Positions 1 to 9,594 of a stretch of 64,000 bases of DNA are shown in pieces (within the stretch, counting starts at the first letter, position 1; each line of letters starts with the position of its first letter). This stretch comes from Acidobacteriota bacterium (GTDB lineage Bacteria > Acidobacteriota > UBA6911 > RPQK01 > JADFOI01), in contig OY760074.1 in the NCBI GenBank assembly GCA_963663035.1, positions 2,272,001 through 2,336,000 of the forward strand. The letters are read 5' to 3'. A program made the position numbers and the translations under genes. The notes beneath the pieces were generated by a model. It saw only the letters and a list, made by a program, of their open reading frames with translations. It did not search any database and was not told the DNA's origin.

Positions 1-89
1 CTTGAGTACGTTGAGGAGGCTGATCGAGTGCAACGCTGGCAGGGCGGATGATTTCGCTGCTGCAGTAGAGAATTTATGCATATTCCGGG
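1..89 (-). mobile_element. Partial copy of MITE family 1 (IS1380-like end), truncated by window edge
   Basis: The reverse complement of 31-89 matches the left end of the 26912-27117 copy (CCCGGATTATG..AAATTCTCTACTGCAGC..GAAATCATCCGCCCTGCC). Positions 1-18 match the CTCCTCAACGTACTCAAG core. Confidence 0.85.
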
Positions 90-108
90 CAAACAGACAC
101 GGCCCTGA

Positions 109-1089
109 ATGCACACCTATATCATCCGCCGTATTCTGATTTCGATCCCCCTGCTCTTCGGACTGCTCACCATCAACTTCTTTCTGATCCACGCCGCCCC
201 GGGAGATCCGACAGATATCTTCTTCAACCCCGATATGGATCCTGAGGCCCGCGAGAACATCCGCCGCGTCTATGGACTGGACCAGCCGCTGGGTGTGCAG
301 TATTTGAGGTACATCCAGGGCGTCGTTCTTAAATTCGAGTTCGGCTATTCCATCGCCAAGAAGCGACCGGTCAGAGACGAAATCCTGGATGCTCTCCCCA
401 ACACCATTCAGCTCTCCGCCCTGGCCCTGCTCATCGAACTCACACTGGGAATTGCCCTGGGCATCCTGGCAGCTGTCAAACAGCAGTCCGCCTTCGACAA
501 CGTCACCCGTGTCACGGCGCTGACCTTTTATTCGATGCCATCCTTCTACCTGGGACTCCTGCTGTTGTTTCTCTTTGCGGGCGGCGTTTCTGCCAGCCAC
601 TGGTTCCCGGCCTCGGGAATGATCGACATCGTGCGCCATGAGTCGATGAGCACGCTTGGGCAAATCGGGGACCGAGCCATCCATATCCTCCTGCCCAGCC
701 TGACGCTGGGAGTCGGCGCCGCCGCAGGAATCTCCCGTTACATGCGAGGAGAGCTGCTGGAGGTCATCCGCCAGGACTACATGCGCACGGCCCAGGCCAA
801 GGGTCTGACCGAGAGAGTCGTCGTTTTCAAGCACGGTCTGCGCAACGCCCTGATGCCCATTATCACGATCGTGGGATTGAGTCTGCCCTTTCTCTTCAGC
901 GGAGCGGTCATCGTGGAGCAGGTCTTTGGCTGGCCAGGCATGGGTCGTGTCGCGGTGGATGCGGCATTTCAGCGCGACTACTCCATGTTCCTGGCCGTCA
1001 ACCTGATCTTCGGGACCATGGTGGTACTGGGCAACCTGGTGGCGGACATCCTGTATGCGATTGTGGATCCACGAGTGAGGCTTTCCTGA
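109..1089 (+). CDS. Peptide/nickel ABC transporter permease (OppB/DppB family)
   Basis: N-terminal 'YIIRRIL..APGDP' and EAA loop 'YMRTAQAKGL..HGLRNAL'; multiple TM segments. Confidence 0.95.
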   Translation: MHTYIIRRILISIPLLFGLLTINFFLIHAAPGDPTDIFFNPDMDPEARENIRRVYGLDQPLGVQYLRYIQGVVLKFEFGYSIAKKRPVRDEILDALPNTIQLSALALLIELTLGIALGILAAVKQQSAFDNVTRVTALTFYSMPSFYLGLLLLFLFAGGVSASHWFPASGMIDIVRHESMSTLGQIGDRAIHILLPSLTLGVGAAAGISRYMRGELLEVIRQDYMRTAQAKGLTERVVVFKHGLRNALMPIITIVGLSLPFLFSGAVIVEQVFGWPGMGRVAVDAAFQRDYSMFLAVNLIFGTMVVLGNLVADILYAIVDPRVRLS

Positions 1090-1092
1090 ATC

Positions 1093-2247
1093 ATGTCACC
1101 ATCTGACTGGCTTCCAGGTTTGGGTCATCGGCGTCTGGGCCAGCCCCTCAAGGGGGCAACGGTTCTGGGTCTCTTCGTCCTGTTTTTGGGCATCGCCGGC
1201 TGGCACGCTCCTACCATGTGGGCATCGCTCTCCCACACACTGGAGAGGCTGTGGGGAACAAACATACCCTACAATTCACGGGACCTGGATTTTCTGGTCA
1301 GTACCCTCTTTGTCCTGGGGATGCTGGTCGCCATCCCGCTCTACTCGGGCATTTCCTGCCGACGGAAGCAGCAAGCCGACCGCCTGACCCGGCTGCCTGA
1401 AAGTCAGTGGTCCATCGTCAAGCGGCAGTTCCAACGGAACCGGTTGGCCGTTGTCGGGGTAGTCATTATTCTGGCACTCTATCTGGTTGCCTTCCTATGC
1501 CCTTTTCTGGCGCCCTATGATCCGGTAGAGCAAGGCGACCGGGTGCAGGAACGCTTGCTCCCTCCCTCGCTTGATCACCTGCTGGGAACGGATCGCTTCG
1601 CGCGAGACGTGTTCAGCCGTGTCATCTATGGCTCGAGGATCTCTCTGCTGGTCGGCTTTCTGGCCATGGGCCTGGCGGTGACCATTGGAACTCTGGTGGG
1701 AGCGGTGGCCGGTTACTACGGCGGCTGGGTGGACAGCGTGATCATGCGCTTCGTAGACATGATGCTCTCCTTTCCCACGCTCATCCTGATCATCACGGTG
1801 ATCGCCCTGTGGCGGAACCAGTCCATCTGGATCATCATTACGGTCATTGGACTGATGTCGTGGATGGGAGTCGCCCGGCTGGTGCGCGGGCAGTTTCTGG
1901 CGCTCAAGGAGCGCGAGTTCTTTCAAGCGGCGCGGGCCCTGGGGGCAGGAGCCGGGCGCTTGATCTTCCGCCATTTGCTGCCCAATTCCCTGACCCCCAT
2001 CATCGTTTCGGCCACGCTGCGAGTCGGCAACACCATCCTGCTGGAGGCCTCGCTGAGCTACCTGGGTCTGGGAGTCCAGCCTCCAACTCCCAGTTGGGGA
2101 AACATCGTGTACGACACCAAGGGAAACCTCTTCACCGAGTGGTGGATGCCCCTGGTCGCGGGACTGGCGATCGTTGTGACGGTGGTGGGGTACAACCTGC
2201 TGGGCGATGGTCTGCGAGACGCCCTGGATCCGCGGCTCAGGAAGTAA
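1093..2247 (+). CDS. Peptide ABC transporter permease (OppC/DppC family) with extra N-terminal TM segments
   Basis: 'HLLGTDRFARDVFSRVIYGSRISL', 'AARALGA', 'PPTPSWG', 'GDGLRDALDPR'. Confidence 0.93.
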   Translation: MSPSDWLPGLGHRRLGQPLKGATVLGLFVLFLGIAGWHAPTMWASLSHTLERLWGTNIPYNSRDLDFLVSTLFVLGMLVAIPLYSGISCRRKQQADRLTRLPESQWSIVKRQFQRNRLAVVGVVIILALYLVAFLCPFLAPYDPVEQGDRVQERLLPPSLDHLLGTDRFARDVFSRVIYGSRISLLVGFLAMGLAVTIGTLVGAVAGYYGGWVDSVIMRFVDMMLSFPTLILIITVIALWRNQSIWIIITVIGLMSWMGVARLVRGQFLALKEREFFQAARALGAGAGRLIFRHLLPNSLTPIIVSATLRVGNTILLEASLSYLGLGVQPPTPSWGNIVYDTKGNLFTEWWMPLVAGLAIVVTVVGYNLLGDGLRDALDPRLRK

Positions 2248-2279
2248 CACAAGTGAAGAAGTCTGCCGGAACAGCAACC

Positions 2280-3299
2280 ATGACCCAAACCCAGGACCAG
2301 AGCTCCCCTCACATGGAAGTCCGGAATTTGAAGACCTACTTCTACACTGAGGACGGCGTGGTTCGCGCGGTCGACGGTCTCAGTTACGCGCTGAGCAAGG
2401 GTGAGACAGTTGGCCTGGTAGGTGAGAGTGGGTGCGGGAAATCCGTCTCTGCCCTGTCTGTGATGCGGCTCATCGCCTCGCCCGGCAAGATCGTGGAAGG
2501 CGAAATTCTGCTGGACGGGCTCAATCTGCTCCAATGCTCCGAGCCGGAGATGCGTCAGGTGCGCGGAAACCGCATCTCGATGATCTTTCAGGAGCCCATG
2601 ACATCGCTCAATCCGGTGTTCACGATTGGCAACCAGATCATGGAGGCGATTCGCGTCCACCAGGACGTCTCCCGCAACGAGGCCCGCGATCGGACCATCG
2701 CCATGCTGGGCAAGGTGAAGATCTCGGCCGCCCAGACACGCATAGATGAATACCCGCATCAAATGTCGGGCGGAATGCGGCAGCGGGTCATGATCGCCAT
2801 GGCTCTGGCCTGCAACCCTGAGGTACTCATTGCGGATGAACCGACCACGGCCCTGGATGTGACTATCCAGGCCCAGATCATGGAGCTTCTGGCCGAATTG
2901 CAAAGCGACTTCCAGATGTCAATCCTACTGATCACCCACAACCTGGGGTTAGTGGCGGAAGTTTCAGACCACGTGGCCGTGATGTACGCCTCCAAGGTGG
3001 TCGAAAGCAGCAGCACGAGAGAGCTCTTCGCCTCGCCTCTCCACCCCTACACCCACGGCCTCTTGACCTCCGTGCCCACCCTGGGCATGTCGAAGGATCA
3101 AAAGCTGAATGTCATACCCGGCCAGGTACCCAACCCTCTACAATTCCCAGCGGGCTGTAGGTTTCACCCTCGCTGCCCGGTGGCCGAGCAGCGATGCCGG
3201 CAGGAGGAACCGCCACTTCGCCAGGTTAAGCCGGGACACTGGGCAGCCTGCCACCTAATCGAAAACGGAAAGTCCCCCATGAAGGGAGCAGAGCGGTGA
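2280..3299 (+). CDS. Peptide ABC transporter ATP-binding protein (OppD/DppD)
   Basis: Walker [16 protein letters not shown] signature, ADEPTT, C-terminal GCRFHPRC. Start placed at ATG 2280 (GTG 2253 possible), not at the ORF-track 1809. Confidence 0.93.
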   Translation: MTQTQDQSSPHMEVRNLKTYFYTEDGVVRAVDGLSYALSKGETVGLVGESGCGKSVSALSVMRLIASPGKIVEGEILLDGLNLLQCSEPEMRQVRGNRISMIFQEPMTSLNPVFTIGNQIMEAIRVHQDVSRNEARDRTIAMLGKVKISAAQTRIDEYPHQMSGGMRQRVMIAMALACNPEVLIADEPTTALDVTIQAQIMELLAELQSDFQMSILLITHNLGLVAEVSDHVAVMYASKVVESSSTRELFASPLHPYTHGLLTSVPTLGMSKDQKLNVIPGQVPNPLQFPAGCRFHPRCPVAEQRCRQEEPPLRQVKPGHWAACHLIENGKSPMKGAER

Positions 3300-4294
3300 G
3301 CCCACAAGCCCTGTTACGAGTGGAACACCTCAAGAACTATTTCCCGGTCCGCCAGGGAGTGTTCTCCCGCGTTGCCGCCTACGTGAAGGCAGTGGATGAT
3401 ATCTCCTTTGAAGTCGGGGCTGGTGAAACCATGGGGCTGGTGGGAGAAAGCGGCTGCGGCAAAACCACCGTGGGTCACTCGATTCTCCGCCTGATCGAGG
3501 CCACCGGGGGAACAGTGGAGTTTGGAGGAAAAGACCTCGCGAAGATGCCTGCCGTTGAGCTGCGCGCCATGCGACAGCATATGCAGATCATTTTCCAGGA
3601 TCCCTTCAGCTCGCTGAATCCCCGCATGACCGTGGGTGCAATTATCGGGGAAGCTCTGGCCATTCACGGTCGAGGCAACCGCAGGGAACGGGCCCAGAAG
3701 GTTCGTGAAACGCTGGAGAAGTGCGGCTTGAATCCAGCTTATGTCAACCGCTTCCCTCATGAGTTCTCGGGCGGCCAAAGGCAGCGCATCGGCATCGCTC
3801 GGGCACTGGTCCTGAGTCCAAAATTTATCGTCTGCGACGAACCGGTTTCCGCCCTGGACGTGTCGATCCAGTCACAGATCATCAATCTACTGGCTGACCT
3901 CAAGGAACGCTACAACCTGGCCTACCTCTTTATCGCTCACGATTTATCGGTGGTCGAATACATCAGCGATCGGGTTGCGGTAATGTATCTGGGAAAAATC
4001 GTCGAGCTGGCGGACAGCAGAGAGCTGTATGGCAACCCGCTTCACCCTTATACTCAAGCTCTGCTGTCGGCCGTGCCCGTTCCTGACCCAACCAGGCGGA
4101 AACAGCGGACGATCTTGCCTGGCGACGTCCCATCTCCACTCAACCCTCCCTCGGGATGCCGCTTTCATCCCCGCTGCCCACTGGCGGTCGATATCTGCAA
4201 GAGAGTGGAACCGCGGGAACTGGACGTGGACGGGCACAAGGTTTGGTGCCATGTCGTGGAGGAGCAAATCACGGGCTCAAAGCCTGAATCTTAG
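3296..4294 (+). CDS. Peptide ABC transporter ATP-binding protein (OppF/DppF)
   Basis: [33 protein letters not shown]. Confidence 0.95.
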   Translation: MSPQALLRVEHLKNYFPVRQGVFSRVAAYVKAVDDISFEVGAGETMGLVGESGCGKTTVGHSILRLIEATGGTVEFGGKDLAKMPAVELRAMRQHMQIIFQDPFSSLNPRMTVGAIIGEALAIHGRGNRRERAQKVRETLEKCGLNPAYVNRFPHEFSGGQRQRIGIARALVLSPKFIVCDEPVSALDVSIQSQIINLLADLKERYNLAYLFIAHDLSVVEYISDRVAVMYLGKIVELADSRELYGNPLHPYTQALLSAVPVPDPTRRKQRTILPGDVPSPLNPPSGCRFHPRCPLAVDICKRVEPRELDVDGHKVWCHVVEEQITGSKPES

Positions 4295-4343
4295 CCGGGA
4301 TTTCGCATGACAAATCAGAGATCTTCGGTATACTACGGCCTTC

Positions 4344-6770
4344 ATGTTTGGCCCGCACTTCTCACACCTGCTCTACTGCATCGGCGAAATGATCCGACCT
4401 GACTACGTTTCACGACCCGCAAGCGGGTACCCCTCGGCTCCTCAACGTACTCAAGAGTACGTTTGCGGGGGCCGACCCGTGGCGGGTGCCCCTCGCGCGC
4501 CAGTCGGAGCCGCAGGCTTTAGCCTGCGGGCCCGTGGGCTAAAGCCCACGGCTCTGTTTTCCGTCCCTTCCGCCGCTTCGCGACGACCTGGTGTGAGAAA
4601 TGCGGACTTTAGCGGCTGGACTCAAAAAGTACACCTGCTCCTGGGGATAGCGCTGCTGGGATGCTGGTGGACACAGGATATCTTTGGCGCCGACGAGGAG
4701 AAGACACTCACCGCGCTCTACATCACCTCTCCAATTGTGGTTGACGGAACCCTCGACGAGGCGGAGTGGAGCCTTGCACAGCCAGCCACTGATTTTATTC
4801 AGACCGAGCCCAGAGAGGGAGAACCGGCCACAGAACCCACCGAGGTACGGCTTCTTTATGACGATGAGTACCTCTATGTCGGGGTCTATTGCTTTGACTC
4901 GGCGGGTCAAGAGGGTCTCGTTGTGACCGACGTGAGAAGAGATTACCCCCCTGCTCAAACTGATCACTTCGCAATGCTGCTGGATACCTTTGACGATAAT
5001 CGCAACGGCTTTCTCTTCGGTACTAACCCGGCAGGAGCCATGCGCGAGGGTCAGATAGGAGGAGACGGTCAGACTACCAACTTTGATTGGGACGCCGTTT
5101 GGTCCGTGAAGACCAAACTCACAGACTCGGGCTGGCAGATTGAAATGGCGATTCCCTTCAAGACCTTACGCTTCCGGGACAACGAACGCCAGACTTGGGG
5201 AGTGAATTTTGTGCGACGGATTCGTCGCAAGAACGAAGACACCCACTGGACACACATTCCACGTCCTTACCGAATGAGCAGGGTCTCACTGGCGGGTGAA
5301 CTGGACGGCATTAGCGGTATCCGTCAAGGGCGTAACCTTTATTTCAAACCCTACCTCTTAGCTCCTGTCTTGCGCCGTGAAGGGGATGACATCGATTTTC
5401 TTCCCGATGCGGGTTTTGACGCCAAATACGGAGTCACTTCAGGCCTGACCCTGGATTTGACTGTCAACACCGACTTTGCCCAGGTTGAAGCGGACCAGCA
5501 ACAGATCAATTTGACTCGATTCAGCCTCTTTTTTCCCGAGAAGCGCGAGTTTTTCCTGGAAAACTCCAATATCTTTGGGTTTGGCACCCCGGCCAGAGGG
5601 TTTCGCGCTTCGCGCGACCTCATTCCTTTTTTCAGCCGCAGGATTGGCATCTCCGGAGGCGATCTGGTGCCCATCCTGGGAGGCCTCCGCCTCAGCGGAA
5701 CCGCTGGCAAATATCGTGTGGGCGTTCTTTCCATGCAGACCGATGAATTCGAAGACACTCCGACCACCAACTTTTCCGTGGCCCGGGTTCGCCGAGATCT
5801 CTTTCTCAACTCAGACATCGGTGCCATCTTTGTCAACAAACAGGTCAGCGGCGGCGAGTTTAATCGCACCTACGGCCTGGATACCAATTTGAGCTTCTTT
5901 CGATATCTGGACATTTCTTCTTTTCTGCTGAAAACCGCTACCACCGGGGAGCAAGGCAAGGATGCGGCTGGGAGTTTCCGCATCAGTTGGAATGACCGGC
6001 TGTTCGATATCCATGGTGATCATCTCTCCATCCAGGAGAACTTCAATCCCGAAGTGGGCTTTGCGCCCCGCAAAGGGATTCGAAAAAGTACAGGAACATT
6101 CACTGTTCGACCAAGACCTGGGGAGAGGATCCCCTGGATTCGGGAGTTTCGACCCAACATTGGAATTGAGTACCTGACCAACCAGGAGAACTTGCTGGAG
6201 ACTCGAATCATTACCCAAAATGTGCAGGTTTCATTTGAGAACAGCAGTAGCCTGTGGTTCACCCGCCGGGAGAACTTCGAACGTCTGGACGAAGCTTTCG
6301 AGATCCGGGATAATCAACTCATCCCGGCCGGTGACTATTCAACCACGGACTACAACTTTTCCTTTAACAGCGACAGGAGTCGCATGTTCAGAGGCAATCT
6401 CACACTCAGGACAGCTAGTTTCTGGGATGGCGAAAAGGATTCCCTCCAGCTGGGATTTGGGTTCCAGCCGGGCTACCAGTTTGGAGCCGAGGTCTCCTGG
6501 GCCCATGACGACATCTCTCTGCCCTCAGGGAACTTCAAAACCAACCTGGTAACGACACGCTGGCGCTATTCCTTCAGCCCCATTATGTTCTTGAACGCGC
6601 TGATCCAGTACAACGATACCAGAGAGGAAATTGCCAGCAACCTCCGCTTCAATTTTACCTACAAACCCCTCAGTGATTTCTTTCTGGTCTACAATGAGAG
6701 GCGCAGCACCACCGGAGAGGTCACGGAGAGGGCCTTGATCGGGAAGCTCACCTACGTCTTTGACTTCTAG
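4344..6770 (+). CDS. DUF5916-type outer-membrane protein with N-terminal CBM9-like domain; carries an in-frame repeat insertion near the N-terminus
   Basis: 'VDGTLDEAEW', 'EMAIPFKTLRF', 'NTDFAQVEAD..NLTRFSLFFPEKREFFLE', aromatic C-terminal F. The start is either ATG 4344 or GTG 4593. Confidence 0.8.
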   Translation: MFGPHFSHLLYCIGEMIRPDYVSRPASGYPSAPQRTQEYVCGGRPVAGAPRAPVGAAGFSLRARGLKPTALFSVPSAASRRPGVRNADFSGWTQKVHLLLGIALLGCWWTQDIFGADEEKTLTALYITSPIVVDGTLDEAEWSLAQPATDFIQTEPREGEPATEPTEVRLLYDDEYLYVGVYCFDSAGQEGLVVTDVRRDYPPAQTDHFAMLLDTFDDNRNGFLFGTNPAGAMREGQIGGDGQTTNFDWDAVWSVKTKLTDSGWQIEMAIPFKTLRFRDNERQTWGVNFVRRIRRKNEDTHWTHIPRPYRMSRVSLAGELDGISGIRQGRNLYFKPYLLAPVLRREGDDIDFLPDAGFDAKYGVTSGLTLDLTVNTDFAQVEADQQQINLTRFSLFFPEKREFFLENSNIFGFGTPARGFRASRDLIPFFSRRIGISGGDLVPILGGLRLSGTAGKYRVGVLSMQTDEFEDTPTTNFSVARVRRDLFLNSDIGAIFVNKQVSGGEFNRTYGLDTNLSFFRYLDISSFLLKTATTGEQGKDAAGSFRISWNDRLFDIHGDHLSIQENFNPEVGFAPRKGIRKSTGTFTVRPRPGERIPWIREFRPNIGIEYLTNQENLLETRIITQNVQVSFENSSSLWFTRRENFERLDEAFEIRDNQLIPAGDYSTTDYNFSFNSDRSRMFRGNLTLRTASFWDGEKDSLQLGFGFQPGYQFGAEVSWAHDDISLPSGNFKTNLVTTRWRYSFSPIMFLNALIQYNDTREEIASNLRFNFTYKPLSDFFLVYNERRSTTGEVTERALIGKLTYVFDF
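4351..4607. mobile_element. MITE family 1 core with a different terminal inverted repeat pair and a nested REP-like doublet
   Basis: 18-bp TIR GCCCGCACTTCTCACACC / GGTGTGAGAAATGCGGAC (2 mismatches); flanks TTTG/TTTA. The internal ACCCGCAAGCGGGTACCCCTCG and AACGTACT-AGTACGTT hairpins are shared with the 26912 and 45466 copies. Confidence 0.8.
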
Positions 6771-6779
6771 TCCGGCAGG

Positions 6780-8261
6780 CTAGTCACCCAGCAGGTCATG
6801 CCATTTCTTCTTGAGCTTCTCTTGAAGCTCGGGACTCGCCTCTGCCACGGGGGGGAAGACGTCCAGATACTCATAGGCCCGGCAAGCATCGATGATGGCA
6901 CGCGTGTTATAGGGCACCTTCTGATCGAAGGTCACGTTCTGGGGATCGCCTCTGGAACCCCAGGCTCGAGTGATGATTTCAATATCACGGGCTGGATCGG
7001 AGCGGGTCACCACGGCCCACATGACATTCTGAAGATCGGAGGGGTCGATGTCATCATCCACCACGATCACATAGCGGCCAAGATAGGCTCCGACATGGCA
7101 CTGGGAAGCCACCAACCCAGCCTGGCGGGCATGACCCTGATAGCCCTGTTTGATGGAGACCACCAGCAGCATGCGTGCTCCACCCACCTCATCGGCCCAG
7201 CAGCCGACCACTCCAGGAACTCCAGCCTTCTCCAGCGCTTCGTGGAGCAGAGCGGAACGCATGATGGTCTTGGAGTATGAGTAATCGTGGGGCGGGCGAG
7301 CGGGAGGCGTCCCTAAAAGAATGGGGTCGTTACGATAGTACACGCGTTCCACCTCCAGCACCGGCACTCCCTTTTCGCTGCCGGAGTAATAGCCGTGGAA
7401 CTCACCTAAGGGACCTTCCATCTTGAAATTACCAGGCTGACACCAGCCTTCCAGCACCAACTCCGATGCGGCAGGCATGGGCAGACCCGTGACTTCGCCC
7501 TTGATGACCTGCACCGGCTCACCCAAGACAGCGCCCACATAGTTGTACTCGGACAGTCCGTAGGTCACCTCCAGACCAGCGAACAGGAATAGAAGCGGAT
7601 GGTGGCCAAGAGAGACTACCACGGGAAAAGGCTTCCCGGCGTTGAAGTAGCGATCAATCTGCTGGCGTCCGTGCTTACCGGCCACCATGTTGAGAGCACA
7701 GGTGCGCTCATCGTGCACCATCATGCGATAGGCACCCAGGTTGATCCACTCCGAATCCAGATCCTGGGTGACCACCACACTGCCAGTGCCAATGTACCGT
7801 CCTCCGTCCTTCTCATGCCACTTGGGCACGGGAAAATCCAAAAGGTTGATCTCTTTTCCGGCTATGACGTTCTCAAGGACCGGCCCATCCTCCACATACT
7901 GCGGAGGAAATTCGACGGACAAGGCTTCCCATTGCGGGGGCTTACCTCGCAGAGCCTGAACCAGCTCCGCACTGCTGAGATGAGTGGGAAACCCCAGTGT
8001 CGCGGCCAGGCGCGCTGGGCTGCCCGTGCTGCCCGTCAGCACCCGATAGCCGGAGGGGTAATCGACGATGTCGTCGAAGAGCAGAGAGGAGCCGCGCTGG
8101 CGATTGTTGATCTCGGTGATGCCGCCCAGTTCCAGATCCCAGTGGGCACCGCTGACGTGTTTGAGCTCACCGAACTGCTCGACGGTGGACAGCCAGCTGC
8201 GCAAATCCCAGGTGTTCGACAGGGATGTGGTCTCGGGAACAGCGCTTACTTTCTCAGCCAT
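6780..8261 (-). CDS. UbiD-family (prFMN-dependent) decarboxylase
   Basis: 'DGGRYIGT', 'NLGAYRMM', 'EGPLGEFHGYY', 'VVDDDID..VMWAVVTRSDP'. Start ATG 8261 (ORF extends to 8291). Confidence 0.9.
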   Translation of the reverse strand: MAEKVSAVPETTSLSNTWDLRSWLSTVEQFGELKHVSGAHWDLELGGITEINNRQRGSSLLFDDIVDYPSGYRVLTGSTGSPARLAATLGFPTHLSSAELVQALRGKPPQWEALSVEFPPQYVEDGPVLENVIAGKEINLLDFPVPKWHEKDGGRYIGTGSVVVTQDLDSEWINLGAYRMMVHDERTCALNMVAGKHGRQQIDRYFNAGKPFPVVVSLGHHPLLFLFAGLEVTYGLSEYNYVGAVLGEPVQVIKGEVTGLPMPAASELVLEGWCQPGNFKMEGPLGEFHGYYSGSEKGVPVLEVERVYYRNDPILLGTPPARPPHDYSYSKTIMRSALLHEALEKAGVPGVVGCWADEVGGARMLLVVSIKQGYQGHARQAGLVASQCHVGAYLGRYVIVVDDDIDPSDLQNVMWAVVTRSDPARDIEIITRAWGSRGDPQNVTFDQKVPYNTRAIIDACRAYEYLDVFPPVAEASPELQEKLKKKWHDLLGD

Positions 8262-8278
8262 TTTCCTTCGCGGCCCAA

Positions 8279-8920
8279 TTACTCTTGCCAATCGATTTGT
8301 TTGTAATAAGCGCGGCGTCTTTCCTCTTCCTCCCAGGTCAGGGGCCCCTGGAATCCGGCTACATCCCAGCCAGTCTTCAGCCGCTTCGTGTTGGGGTTGG
8401 TAATCTGGTGGGTGTCCCCAGACGACAAAACGGGAACATCATCGGCATCTCTGGCAATCCTGTGCTCAGGATAGTTCTGATAGTAGACCGACAGCACCCG
8501 AACCCGCGAGAGCCGATAGATGCTCTGAAGTTTGCTCAACAGCTGCTCATCGGCGATCCTGCTCCCCTCAATGATCAGTCGCAGATAATCGGCCCGCTCC
8601 GATTCGCTCAGTTGAAGAAAGGTCCTGTTCCCAAAAAAAGGAGTCGAACTAGTGTTGAATAGAGCCAGATCCTCATCGGAGATGCCGGTTAACCCTTTCA
8701 TCACTTCCGCCGTGATGTTGTACGGCTCGAGGCTTTTGTAGCCGGGATCGTTGGGCTCAGTGGGAATGAGTGTATCCCCCAGGGCCGCAAAGACGGTTGT
8801 GCGGTCCACTGTAGTCGCTACTGGCACTTGTGCTGCTGCAGCCGCCACAGTGGGAATGGCAGCTGCTCCCATGCCCGTCGTTTTCAGGAAATCTCTTCTG
8901 GATACATCCTTCTTGCCCAT
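8279..8920 (-). CDS. Tat-exported gluconate 2-dehydrogenase subunit 3-like protein (paralog 1)
   Basis: Twin-arginine 'SRRDFLK' and 'LGDTLIP..DPG' motif; adjacent to a GMC oxidoreductase. Confidence 0.7.
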   Translation of the reverse strand: MGKKDVSRRDFLKTTGMGAAAIPTVAAAAAQVPVATTVDRTTVFAALGDTLIPTEPNDPGYKSLEPYNITAEVMKGLTGISDEDLALFNTSSTPFFGNRTFLQLSESERADYLRLIIEGSRIADEQLLSKLQSIYRLSRVRVLSVYYQNYPEHRIARDADDVPVLSSGDTHQITNPNTKRLKTGWDVAGFQGPLTWEEEERRRAYYKQIDWQE

Positions 8921-8922
8921 AC

Positions 8923-9570
8923 CTATTCCCTCCAATCGATCTTTTCAACTATTGCCCTGCGGCGTTGCTCTTCTTCCCAGGTCAGTGGCCCCATGAATCC
9001 GCTAGCATCCCATCCCGTGACCAGCCCCTTGGTATTTGGATTGGTAATCTGGTGGGTGTCGCCTGGGAGAAGAATGGGGACTCCTTTGTCATCGCGCGGA
9101 AGTACGTGCTCGGGATAGTTGCTGTAATAAACCTGGAAGATTTTTTGTCGGACTCTCCTTAAGGTCTGCTGGAGTTTCTCCCCTGTCTCCTTGTCCTCAA
9201 ATTGATCCCCTGAGAAAACGGCATCAAAATAGCTGGCTCGTTCTGATTGATTCAACTGCAGAAAACTCTTCCTCGAGAACATCTCTCCCGCCTGACCGTC
9301 AAACAGCACCAACTCTTCATCGCTCACCTGCAGCTCCTTCAACACTTCAACCGTAATGTTGTAGGGCTCCAATGTCTGGTATCCAGGATCCCCGGGATCG
9401 CTGGGAATCAGGGTATCCCCAATGGCAGCCACCACGGCAGTCCGATCCAGATCCAGGGCGGCCGGTGGGGTCTGGCAAGACTGCAAACTCACCAGAGCCA
9501 CAGCCGTTGCCGTGGCCCCCGAGCCCGATTTCTTTAAGAAATCTCTCCTGGAGACCTTTCGCTTTGACAT
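8923..9570 (-). CDS. Tat-exported gluconate 2-dehydrogenase subunit 3-like protein (paralog 2)
   Basis: 'SRRDFLK' and 'IGDTLIPSDPGDPG'; C-terminus nearly identical to 8279-8920. Confidence 0.7.
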   Translation of the reverse strand: MSKRKVSRRDFLKKSGSGATATAVALVSLQSCQTPPAALDLDRTAVVAAIGDTLIPSDPGDPGYQTLEPYNITVEVLKELQVSDEELVLFDGQAGEMFSRKSFLQLNQSERASYFDAVFSGDQFEDKETGEKLQQTLRRVRQKIFQVYYSNYPEHVLPRDDKGVPILLPGDTHQITNPNTKGLVTGWDASGFMGPLTWEEEQRRRAIVEKIDWRE

Positions 9571-9594
9571 GTCAACTCTACCTTTCATAGCCGC

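Noticed and set aside
1809-2279. Long N-terminal extension of the OppD ORF
   Set aside because: It overlaps the OppC permease in another frame and has no recognisable motifs; the real start is near 2253-2280.
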